From the human T2T-CHM13v2.0 reference genome, Homo sapiens: 64,000 nucleotides of DNA. Position 1 is the stretch's first letter, and every line of letters begins with the position of its first letter. The notes beneath the pieces are model-generated. The model searched no databases. It was not told the DNA's origin and saw only the letters and a list, made by a program, of their open reading frames with translations. Of the stretch, positions 53,701-64,000 are shown piece after piece. Made by a program: the position numbers and the translations under genes. Location of the stretch: the NCBI RefSeq assembly GCF_009914755.1, contig NC_060935.1; one strand, 5' to 3'.

Positions 53701-55050
53701 GAAAGAAACAGAAATGGCCTAAGCTCTAAGTTTCTGCCCAGGCTGGGCTTCTGAGGATGCAGCCACCTTCCTATGGTGAGTGGAGATGGCTGGTTGTCCT
53801 CTGAAATGAGTGCTGGCTCCTGCAGGGGGATCTGCCAAGGACTGCCTTTCCCAGCCCAATTTTGTCTAGGTGGTGCCACATGTCACATATGACATGTCTG
53901 TACCCATAAAATGTCAGTGGAAATGACTTCCGGGCTAGAGCACTTAAGGAGTGAATGAGTCTTTTTTATATTTTCTTTCTGGCTAGAAGTAGACAACAAT
54001 GTGGATGACAAACTCCCAAGATGGAAAAAGCTTGTGGAAGAAAGTCTCCCTCTGATCAGAACACCCTTACAGGATTGTTGCATGGATGCAAAATAAACTT
54101 CAATTAGGTTAAACCATTGAAATTGTCAGAAACTGTAGGATCTATTACAGTCAGTGTCACCCCTCCTAGGAATATAGTAAGCATGGCACCTGCCACCTCC
54201 CCTGTACCTTCTTGTGCAGATAGAGCAAGAAAGGAATCAAAAGAAGGACTTTCCCTGGCATTGATATGAAAGACTAAAGCAATCAAGTTCAGGGTATCCA
54301 GAGGCTGGATGCTTGTGGGGAAACCTGAAGAATTCTGTGCTTGTGGCTGGTGTGCCCCTGGGGACTATCAGCCCACTGGTGAATGGGGGTACAGAGGTGG
54401 AGCTGGGGATTCACCAGTGGGCTCATAATGTTTGAGGTCAATATGGTAAACACAGGAAAAGTGCAAAGCAAGAAGAGGTAGATCGTTCAGAAGAGGCCAG
54501 TGGGACCACCCATCCGATTCCCTTGGAAATAGCTGAGTAAGCTTTGGGGTTTCCTTGTCAACATGTCTGTTGTTGAGCCAGCAAAGGCAGAAGTAGAGGA
54601 AGAGGAAGAGGGTAAGAACATGCCCTGGAGTGCCCTTCCCCTGCCCCCACCTGCTTTGTGAAGGTTCATTCCAAAACTGACCTCCTCTGTGAAGCTTCCT
54701 TGACATCTCTAGGTGTGGCTGGTGGTTGCTCTGTGCATGTTCCATGTGTGGTGTCCACACTCAATCACAGCTTCTATCACATTGGGTCATGACCCAGTTC
54801 CTTGAGGATGCTGTCATGCCCTTTGTATCTTCTGGGCCTAGCATGTGTACCGGGCACAGAGTAGGCACGGATGCAGCTGGTGAATGGAATGAATACATGA
54901 ATGTATGGCTAAATGAGCAGAACCCAAAGATGAGGAACCAAAACTAAGAACCAAAACCAAGAGTGTCTGGGCACTAGGGTGGGCAACCTCAATTTGTTAC
55001 CTAGGGTACCAGTAAAACATCCAAAGACAGATGTCTCAGGTCACACAACT

Positions 55051-55056
55051 TTTATT
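55051..55056 (-). terminator. TMPRSS13: TMPRSS13 polyadenylation signal AATAAA
   Basis: Plus-strand tttatt; minus strand reads cagcAATAAAagttgtgtgacctgagaca followed by a GT/T-rich tract (tctgtctttggatgtttt). Confidence 0.8.
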
Positions 55057-56464
55057 GCTGAAGACCATCGCTGGGGGCTGCTGCAGACAGGAATGTGGCC
55101 TCCTTCCCAGTCTTGCTAACATTCCCCAGTGTACCCAGCCCCATCAGCCCCTGCCCAGCCTCTCCAGCTTGCTCTTCTGGGGCAGTCTTTCCCTTGAGCG
55201 GCCATGGCCTGCCTGAGCTGGGCTAGGCTGGGCTGATCTGCTTGGATCCTGCCTCTGAGAAGCACAGCACCACAAAAGACTCTGACGGGCCCAAGGAAGG
55301 TGAGGGGAGCAGGACTGGCAGAGGAATAGGTGCCCCAGAAAAAAGGCTGGGGAAGGCCCAGGCTTTTAGCTGGCGAGTCCAGGCACGTTGATGATTTGCA
55401 GGAACAGGGCCAACTTAGATCCTTCAGCAGGGCTGCCTGGAAGGCATGGGACCATGTTAGCTTTCTCTCCATAGCAGTTTTTATGTCATTGCTATGTTTC
55501 TGAAACAACTGAGAAACTGAAAGGTGGAGAAAGCTGAGAAGAAATCCCAAAGTCCCAGGACAGCTCCTGGGAATGAGAGAGGCAGTCCACCTGGACCTCC
55601 CTGGGGCCCCTGGGAGCCTACGCGGGAACAGCATCTGTTTCTTAACGCCTTCGTCAGAGCCCTGGGATGCAGAAACAGTTTGTGGACCTCGTCGTGTCGG
55701 ATTTGCTTGCCAGCCCAAACAAGGATTTGCTTCCCTGAGTATCTCCTAGGGGCTCCAGATGCTGTAGTGACTTGGGGGATGCCCATCCTGGGGACTTTGT
55801 CCAGTCTCTTCATCCAGTTCCTTGAGGCCAGAAATATTCTGTAGGACTCTAAAATACGACATTTCCCATGAATCCCCTGGGGGTCTTGGGCTGATTGATG
55901 CCAGCTCTCAAGGCTTCTGGACTTTTTGGAGAATCTTTAAAAATACCCGTATTTTCATTTCTTAAATATAAAAATAAAATAAAATAAAACCCGCCCCAGC
56001 AGCTTGTGACCAAATGAGTACAGTGAATCCTCATCTCAGTTGTCAGCCTGGTTAGCCACAGCACAGTCCGACTGGTGACATCCACGGCACCAGCAGGGGG
56101 TCTGGGTGAGGACTTGATGCTCATAAAGCCAACGGGAGCAGCTTTTCACCGAAGACGGTCCAGGCCCTGGGAAGCTGCATCCACCAAAACCCACGATCCA
56201 TCCCAGGACAGCAATGGCGCCACCTGGGCCGCTGGCATCTGCCCACACTGGGCTAGTCTGTAAGTGAGGGTCAGAGAAGCAAGAATTCCCAGCTCTTCCT
56301 TGGGCTCTGGGCTCCACCTCCTCCATCCATCTATGGACACTCCTGTAGGAACATCCACGGTACTCAACTCTTGTCTCCAGGTAATTTCCAGCCTGGGATT
56401 TTGAGAAGAGTTGACAGCTCTGCTGGTTTCTGAAAAACTTGGGAGAGTGGCAATGCACACATAT

Positions 56465-56465
<1 letters not shown>

Positions 56466-56497
<32 letters not shown>
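56466..56497. repeat. (CA)16 microsatellite in TMPRSS13 3'UTR
   Basis: Read directly. Confidence 0.95.
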
Positions 56498-56500
<3 letters not shown>

Positions 56501-56631
56501 GCAGCAGACAGTGGAGGTGGGAGTCTGATGGTGCCCGGTGGCCATTAGCCCAGATGATGCCACACATGGCCAGTCACCATGGCCAGAGTCTTCACAGCAG
56601 CCGGTGCTGTGCAGAGCAGCAGGCCAGCTGG

Positions 56632-56658
56632 TTAGGATTTTCTGAATCGCACCTCGCT
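56632..56658 (-). CDS. TMPRSS13: TMPRSS13 terminal coding segment SEVRFRKS-stop (start of last exon)
   Basis: Acceptor tctcttcctcag|AGC GAG GTG CGA TTC AGA AAA TCC TAA, in phase 0 with the preceding exon. Matches the C-terminus I recall (...KMESEVRFRKS). Confidence 0.93.
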   Translation of the reverse strand, partial: SEVRFRKS

Positions 56659-57552
56659 CTGAGGAAGAGAATGGGAGAAGAGGGTGAGGGTGGGCCAGGT
56701 GGGCGAGGAGCACAGAAGCCCAAGGTTGGGGTTCAGAACCTATAATTTAGCCTCGCTGTCACCTAGCACTGCCTCTCCAAGGAGGGACAGCAAAGGGAAA
56801 GGATGGATGCAGGATTGGAGGGCCTCTCTGCACTAGATTTCTGGAGCCTTTTCTGCTCCCCCTATCTGAGCCCTCCCCTGTTCCCCAGGCAGAGAAGGGG
56901 AGGGCTGGCAGAGCACCCCCTGCTTTACAGCTAAAGGCTGAAGGCCCAGAGAAGGCAGGGTCTCAACTAGGTCAGCAGAGTTGCAGGCAGATCCCTGTTT
57001 CCTGACACCGAAATTCCTGCCGTGGAGGGAGGCCTCCCATCACTCCACTGCCAGCGGCCTGTGTGAACTCACATCTCGGTCATCCCTGGGAGAGGAGAGT
57101 GGCACTGGGGCTGGCACCGAGGTGAGGCCCACCTTTTATTCTTTTCATTTATTTGTTTATTCATTCATCCTTAATTTATAACAATAAATAGTAAATACCG
57201 AGGATATTCCAGGCATTGTAAATGGCTGATTTTGATAGATTAGTCAGAGTTCTTCAGTAAGAAAAATGGAAGATGAGAGGGTGGAAGTGGGAGAGGGGAC
57301 TCTCTAGGGTGGATCAAGTATTCCAAAGGCCAAGGGCAAGGTAAGGCACACACTGAAGGGTCTGTGGTTCAGTTTGACCTGAGCAATGACTTCTGAGGTT
57401 GGATATAGGTTAAAGCAAGTCAAAAAACATAAAATAACTTTTTATTATTTTATTACTTTATACTCTTTTATGATAGTAGTGAGGTTCTGATGAAATATTT
57501 TAAGTGGGAAAGGGAAAGAATGGTAGTTCTCAGGGAGCATTCTGGTGACAGC

Positions 57553-57810
57553 TGTGAAAGTTGTCAGAGTTAAAATGGAGTCACTTGTGTTTTTAAAAAA
57601 AGACAACAACAACAACAAAAAGAAAATCAAAAAGACTAAAACAAACAGAGCTGGGAAAGGCCATGAAGAGCGGATTCCCATGCATAAATGCTTGATAACA
57701 AAAACTATCACAAAATCCTCTGCAGAAACTGAAACGTTTTCAAAGTCCATTGCAACCTTACACAAAAAAATACTTCTGGGAGAACATCTGCCCAGCAACT
57801 GCCTGCCTGG
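57553..57810 (+). mobile_element. ERV1 LTR fragment (MER39/MER34-like)
   Basis: tgtgaaagttgtcagagttaaaatggagtcac...catctgcccagcaactgcctg. Confidence 0.7.
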
Positions 57811-57963
57811 CCTGTAGGTCCACCCTTTTTCAACCCGCTGAGCTCTGTTCTGAGGGAAGAAAAGCAGGGAAAGAAACACAGACAGCTGGGATTGACCCCA
57901 GGCATCACATTTGACCCTGTCCAGAACACCCCCCGAATATGGGGACGCTGAGGGGACCTCTGC

Positions 57964-58347
<384 letters not shown>

Positions 58348-58351
58348 TCAC

Positions 58352-58494
58352 CTGGCAGGAGTCTCTGCCCCCACGAAGGTCCCCAGCACACATCATCCTT
58401 GGGGTAAGGTAACTGTCATAGACCAAGTAGTCATTGCATTTCTTGAAGTCGATGAGATTGACCTGCACCTCCCGGAGGAAGGGGGATGTCTTGT
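58352..58494 (-). CDS. TMPRSS13: TMPRSS13 coding exon (143 nt): (D)KTSPFLREVQVNLIDFKKCNDYLVYDSYLTPRMMCAGDLRGGRDSCQ
   Basis: Acceptor ttcactgaag|AC and donor CAG|gtgagg. MMCAG...DSCQ includes the S1-pocket Asp (trypsin-like specificity). Confidence 0.97.
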
Positions 58495-59093
58495 CTTCAG
58501 TGAAGTGGGGTGGAGGAGACAGAGGATGGGAAGCCAGTGAGATTCTAGATAGCTTCCTGGCCGTCCAGCTGCCACCCCAAGACCCAGAATCACAGCCTCC
58601 TGGGAATGGAGGGTGCCATGCCCGTGCCTGGCTCCCACCCAAGGGAGGCCCTCTGTGGTTGGACACCCAGGACATATGGGCACACACGCCCTCACACAAG
58701 ACACAGCTCACCGCACGTGAGACAGAGACATCCGTGCACACAGACACACTCACAAGCCTATCAGGCTACCCGACATGTTGCACAGCACTTGCCTACGTTC
58801 AAAGCACCCTCAGATACATGGCTTTGTTTGTTTTTGGAAGCTATGTGCCCTAAAGAGAGCAGGTGGCATTAATCCATTTACCGGTGGGGAGGCCTGGTGC
58901 TGGAGAAGTGACCTGCCCACAGTCACACAGCTAGTCAGGTATGGAGACAAGAGGAGAAGTAGGCTGCACCCACATCAGTCATTGCTCTGCCTCACGGAGG
59001 GAGGGAAAAGCGGTCCTGATGCGTGGAAGTGGCCTGAGTCTAACCATGGGGTCATCCTGCTCAAAGTAAGCAATCTCACAGGACAAGGCACTC

Positions 59094-59815
59094 TGTGATT
59101 GGGATGACATGAAAACAAGACCACTTCATCATCTTGTTTAAGGCCAGACAAAAACAAGGTCACTGTGCAAACCACAACAGTACCAGACATCCCCCTCTCC
59201 TGGCCAATATGAGTGACTGCTGCTTCCTTACCACTTAGAGCTCCTAGATAAGATTATATATATATATATATATTCTTAATTGAGACGGGTTTCACTCTGT
59301 CACCCAGGCTAGAGTGCAGTGGCATGATCATGGCTCACTGTAGCCTCAACCTCCCTGGGATCAAGTGATCCTCCTGCCTCAGCCCCTCTCATAGCTGGGA
59401 CTACAGGCACACACCACCATGCCCAGCTAATTTTTCTATTTTTTGTAGAGATGGGGTTTTGCCATGATGCCCAGGCTGGTCTTGAACTCCTGGGCTCAAG
59501 TGATTCTCCCACCTTGGCCTCCCAAAGTGCTGGGACTACAGGTGTAAGCTACGGTGCCCGGCCTCTAGATAAGATTATTAAGGTTCCCAATCATAACCCC
59601 TGCTTCCTGACACCACAATTTAGAGAAAAGTCCTGCGTCTTTGAACCCTCCCCAAGCCACCTAAATCCTACGAGCATTCCCTCTCTGACACCCTCTTGCT
59701 GAGATGCTCCATGGTTCTTCATGGTGTGTTCTCTCTCTCATTGCAATGAGCAATGAACTCAACTAGTTCAACCACAGCAGTTTTCCAGGTGGTCTTGATT
59801 GGAGGGCATTGTCAC
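59094..59815 (+). mobile_element. ERV1-class LTR (MER31/MER67-like, uncertain) split by an AluJ
   Basis: LTR-like text ending ggagggcattgtcaca; continuous across the Alu TSD. Confidence 0.6.
59258..59563 (-). mobile_element. AluJ with tail decayed to (TA)n
   Basis: TSD ctagataagattat at 59244-59257 and 59565-59578. Confidence 0.9.
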
Positions 59816-60006
59816 AGTGACTGCACCGGCATATACTCAGGTGTCTATACACACATAATCACACCCAGGCCCATGAATCCGTATACCCAAACGCTCATCG
59901 ACATAGGCCTTCATCTGTATACCCAGACACATTGCTTACACACGCACATGTATACACACACATGCACATGAATACATACACACAACCAAGCATCTTTGCC
60001 TCTTAC

Positions 60007-60105
60007 CATCTGTCTCCCTGGTCTTGCCAAAGCCTGTGATCCAGCAGGTCTCATTGAGGCTAAAGGTCTGTCCATGCATGGGGAGGCAAGCAGGGTGGAT
60101 GTGAG
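60007..60105 (-). CDS. TMPRSS13: TMPRSS13 coding exon (99 nt): AHIHPACLPMHGQTFSLNETCWITGFGKTRETD
   Basis: Acceptor cttgttgcag|CT and donor GATG|gtaaga. PACLP and CWITGFG are chymotrypsin-fold motifs; NET sequon. Phase 1 at both ends fits the neighbouring exons. Confidence 0.97.
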
Positions 60106-62244
60106 CTGCAACAAGACCTCCAGACGTCAGTGAAGGAACAAGGCTGAGACTTTCAGTAGGGGGAGGGAGAAGGAGCACAGCCACTCTGGGGGCAAGGAGG
60201 GGTCTCCTAGAACATTAATCCTTGACTCTAGAGTCCTGGATCTGAATCCTCCAGAGCCTTGGACTGACCAGACATGAAACTCGATCACTTTATCATAACC
60301 CCCCAGCATTTGGGGGCTACCAGAGTCCTCAAAGCCGTTCTGATTTCAGTGGTTGCCCTGTGGTCAGATGCGTAAGCCTTGGAAGCTCCCTTGTACAAGC
60401 CGATACTGGGCAGCTGAGGGTCTCTCCCTACTGAGAGGGTCTCTCCTGGTGGAGCCTCTTCCATGTCTTTCCGTTAGAACAAGGAACAGCAGCAGGCTAA
60501 GACCCAGATATTATGACCATGGCATCTCAGCGGTATGTCCAGCCTGGTCTGGCGAGGGTACCCACTGGTTGTCCAGAGCCTGTGGCTCTCCTTTTAAATG
60601 TTTTCCCAGCACAAGGTAAGAAATCTCTCCAAACAGGAAACACATTCCTAGAGACACAGACCACAGAATTCCTGCTAACTTGATCCCACATTCAGAAATA
60701 TTATATTTAGAAGTCACTGTTATATATCACTTCATAAGCTCTGAGGACTGGTGTCCCTAGGGGGACCAGGGCATTGACCAACACATCTGAGTTTGCAGGA
60801 GGAAAATATTAGTTAATAGAATGTTTGCAGTATTCTCAACCCTTTGTTATATTCACTGCAGTATTCTGCACCTAAGATAATGCCTGTCACATATTAAGTG
60901 CTCAATAAATGTTTAAAAAGATAGAGACAAGGCAGGAAGCGTAGATGGGAAGGATGATTTTAAATTCTTCTCCCATAAATTGGAATTAGGCTTTAAACAT
61001 TGGTGTCTACCTCACTTTTGTCTGCTAGAGAGTAAACAAAAAATAGATGAAGGAATAGCATGCATTATTAACAAAAATGCAGCATAGGATTTTTTTTCTA
61101 TGCCCCTTTTTGAGATGTAAAGTTTTAAAAACATGTAACACTGTTACATGATCCATCGTTAGATATTTCACTGTTTTTTATGGGGGAATTAAATTTACCA
61201 GTGAACTTTCACAAGCAAAAGTACTGTGACTTCTAGTGCTCCACCTGCCAAAGGAGTTTAAGAAAATCAGTCCTGATTTCTAAACCAAAAATCAGGGCAC
61301 ATGTTCTGGCCACAGGACTACATACATCTGAGCTGTGATTCTCAGACTAAGGGTCTGCTTCCTGCCCAAAAGCCTATTGGAGCCTGGAGGGAGACTATTA
61401 CGTTTGAAAAGCATACGCAATGTGAGAATAGCTTTCATTCGCTTTTAGAAATTATTTAGTTTTGGAATTCCAAATAATATTAAGGGGTGGAGGGTGGGTG
61501 GGAGGTAAGATTTGGATGTTTAGCCAAATACAGCCTGGGTTTGACAAGGTGAGAAGGCCTGCTCTGGTCCTGCAGTCTGTGCGCTTCTTGTGTGCTGAGC
61601 GGCAGGACAGGAGGTAGCGGGCATCCCTCACCTCAGCCCTGGACTCCACAGACAAGGATGGAGTTTCAGAAAGGCTGGTGGGCGTGTCGTGTCGTGTCGG
61701 GGCGTGGCTACGAGTGGGTGTGACGCTGCGTGGGCGTGGTTCTGGGCTAGCGCTGCCCAACCGAGCTCTACCCAGGGATCCTCCTCCTCACCCCACTCTG
61801 ATGATCTAACTGCTCTGACTCATGATAGACACCGCCTCCATAATTAATGTGCGAGGAAACACCAGCTCACAGGCTCAGAGCACGAGAATGGCTGGACTAA
61901 CCAGAGAGTCCTCCGAGGCTTCCAGAAATCCCGGTACTCCTCCTCCCTCTCCCACCTTTACAGATGCTTATGCCAGAGGGCTCTGGCTCCATTCTTCAGG
62001 GTCCTCCCTGAGCCCCCATTACCTGTCTTCTCCAATCTTTTCGGGACCCACCTTGGCTATCCTTCCTCTGCTGAGCTTCCCCTAGCCTGCCAGGATGATT
62101 AGTTGCTCCCGCCTATGCCACCATAGCTCCCTGCTCCCCGAAAACATCGTATAATTGGCCTCTACTGGTCGTCTTGGTGTATTTTATTTCTATTTGCAAC
62201 TGTACTATAGGGCTGGCCATATAGTATTTGATAAGTGAACAAAT

Positions 62245-62294
62245 GAGTGAATGGATGAATGATGAGTGAATGAATGAATGAATGAATGAATGAA
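62245..62294. repeat. (TGAA)n tract, probably an L2 tail
   Basis: Read directly. Confidence 0.8.
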
Positions 62295-62789
62295 GTCTTC
62301 TTTGACGTCCCCTGTCCACAGTGATCTTCTGAGAACCTCTGCAGCATTTCCTTTGTGTAGCCTCCTTTGGTCCTTAGCAACAACGTTGTAGCAATTAGTT
62401 GTTTGAATGTGTACTCAGCTTAAGTTCTCGACTGCAGGGTAAGCAATTTGCCAGTCTAGAGCCAGGTGGGGAGACATTGCTTGGGAATCAGATCGACCTG
62501 GTTCCAATCCCAGAGCTACCACCTATTACTTGTGGCCTCAGGTAATTATCTCTCTGTAAAGCTCCATTTCCTCATATGTCAAATGAAGTTAATAATAGTG
62601 CCTGCTCCACAGGGTTGGTTGTGAAGAGTAAATGAAATCATATGTGTGAAATGCCTACCATAGCGTTTGGCCCCTAGGTGCTCAGTTAATACCAGTGAAA
62701 GAATTCAATCTATTGATTAAGATCAGTACCCAAGCCCTGACTCCGTCATCAATTTGTAATGTGAGATGTGTCATTTGGAGCAAACTTAT

Positions 62790-62983
62790 TTATAACCCTT
62801 GGGCTTCAGTTTCCCTAATTATAAAACAGAAGTGTTCCATGTAAGGATCTTTAAGAGTCTTTGACTTCTGCCCTGCAGAAGCTTTGGGGCCCGGATATGA
62901 GTTGACAGATGCTGACAAGTGCGAGGGCTGCAGAGGGTGCTGGGGCTGGGGGGCAGGAGAGCGGGGAGTGCAGATTCCCTCAC
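62790..62983 (-). CDS. TMPRSS13: Intron read-through C-terminus of a truncated TMPRSS13 isoform (GEGICTPRSPAP...RETEAQGL-stop), lacking the catalytic Ser
   Basis: Frame stays open for 64 codons past the 62984 donor to TAA at 62790-62792. Candidate minus-strand AATAAA at 62183-62188. A short 3'-alternative transcript is recalled, not verified. Confidence 0.5.
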
Positions 62984-63156
62984 CGGACAGGGTCAGGGGC
63001 TTGGACAGCCGCATGAGGGCGATGTCATAGTCGTCCTCCTCATCGGTGTAATTGCTGTTGATGATGATCTCGGCAATGGAGGCTGCCTCAGGCAACTGGT
63101 GCAGGTTGCTGGTGCCCGCGTACACCTTCCAGCCCTCCAGGACCTTCTCCCGGGTC
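62984..63156 (-). CDS. TMPRSS13: TMPRSS13 coding exon (173 nt), serine protease domain with catalytic Asp: TREKVLEGWKVYAGTSNLHQLPEAASIAEIIINSNYTDEEDDYDIALMRLSKPLTLS
   Basis: Minus-strand acceptor ctcttgcag|G at 63157/63156 and donor TCCG|gtgagg at 62984/62983. Contains the DIAL motif and an NYT sequon. Phase matches the next exon (G|CT = Ala). Peptide recognised as MSPL/TMPRSS13. Confidence 0.97.
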
Positions 63157-64000
63157 CTGCAAGAGCCACAAAGGAGCGTGGTCCAGTACCTGCCTGGCAG
63201 CGTTCACTGGCAGCCCCTGCTACCTACAGGGAGCCACAGTCAGAGCACCAGCTTGGAGGCAGGAGGATAGATAAAATGACCTCTGGAGGGAACCCTCTAT
63301 CTTATCCCTGGAGTCCAAAGCAATCCCCCACAGCCCCTCAAAAATTATGAGCTTGCAGCTCTGCACCTTACAGTAATAAAGAGGGAAGGATGAGTAAGAC
63401 CTCTGTGTGGCACTCCCCCCCCACTATCTCCTCTGCAAGTCACCAAGGATCAAATAGGAGACTTTGACTTCTGCCATGCTGAAACTCTGGGGCCTCGATA
63501 TGAACTGACAGATGCTGACAAGTCACAGGGCTGCAGAAGGTGCTGGGACTAGGGATGGGGACACAGATTCACTCACCAGACAGGGTCAAGGGCTTGTACT
63601 GATAAGATCTCAGTATTATTACCCTCAGCAAATTCAGACAGGACAAAGTAACACACTGAACTCATTACTAGGGAGGCCAGTGCCCCTGAGGCCTGGTCCC
63701 AGAGCTCTTTCCTGCCCACCAGCCTGGGCTGTGGGCCCCCAAAGACACTAGACCAGCTGGTGACCGTTAGCAGCTGATACAGTGCCCTGCCTGCAATCCC
63801 TAACCCTCAATTTCTGGGATAACTAGGGGCTCCTCTGCTATGAGTTCCATTTGCAGGAAGCAGCAACAAACCCAACGCCTTTTTCATTTCACCCTGTTCT
63901 TCAGGGGCAGGCTCCCAGTCCCTCTTCCTGCCTGCCTCTCTCCCCCTTGGGGCCGTCAATGGGACTTTCTCATCCTTGGGCCTAGCTCGGAACAAACACC

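Larger units (their letters stand above)
55035..56631 (-). other. TMPRSS13: TMPRSS13 3'UTR (~1.6 kb; 3' end approximate)
   Basis: Runs from the TAA stop to the first minus-strand AATAAA I found, at 55051-55056. Confidence 0.8.

Noticed and set aside
55116-56713. 200- and 225-aa minus-strand ORFs in the TMPRSS13 last exon
   Set aside because: They lie essentially in the 3'UTR, one crosses the (GT)n repeat, and neither resembles a known protein family.
61132-61150. Palindrome catgtaaca-c-tgttacatg
   Set aside because: A 9-bp arm is not improbable by chance in 64 kb, and there is no supporting context.

Overview
Mammalian (human-like) genomic DNA, rich in Alu/L1/MIR/LTR repeats, which I recognise as the FXYD6-TMPRSS13 interval (human 11q23.3, from memory). 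Both genes are on the minus strand. The right end (~55035-63156) holds the last five coding exons and 3'UTR of the type II transmembrane serine protease TMPRSS13/MSPL. These exons splice in frame at GT-AG sites and contain the catalytic Asp (DIAL) and Ser (GDSGGP). Two intron read-through C-termini are also visible. A CpG island at ~30.8-31.4 kb carries the non-coding first exon of FXYD6 (donor at 30989|30988), with a likely alternative first-exon donor at 31696|31695. Positions 1-30988 are FXYD6 intron 1; its coding exons lie off the left edge. Almost all other ORFs in the track are repeat-derived or chance ORFs. I found no convincing new gene or new biological system. The most unusual signal is a set of at least five short-range duplications or templated insertions of apparently non-repeat sequence: (1) a copy of a TMPRSS13 exon end plus splice donor, which could create a poison exon; (2) a 165-bp copy flanked by a perfect 20-bp target duplication; (3) a two-template inverted patchwork inside an L1; (4) a ~430-bp inverted duplication; (5) a 181-bp direct duplication. 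Repeat subfamily names and boundaries were assigned by eye and are approximate.
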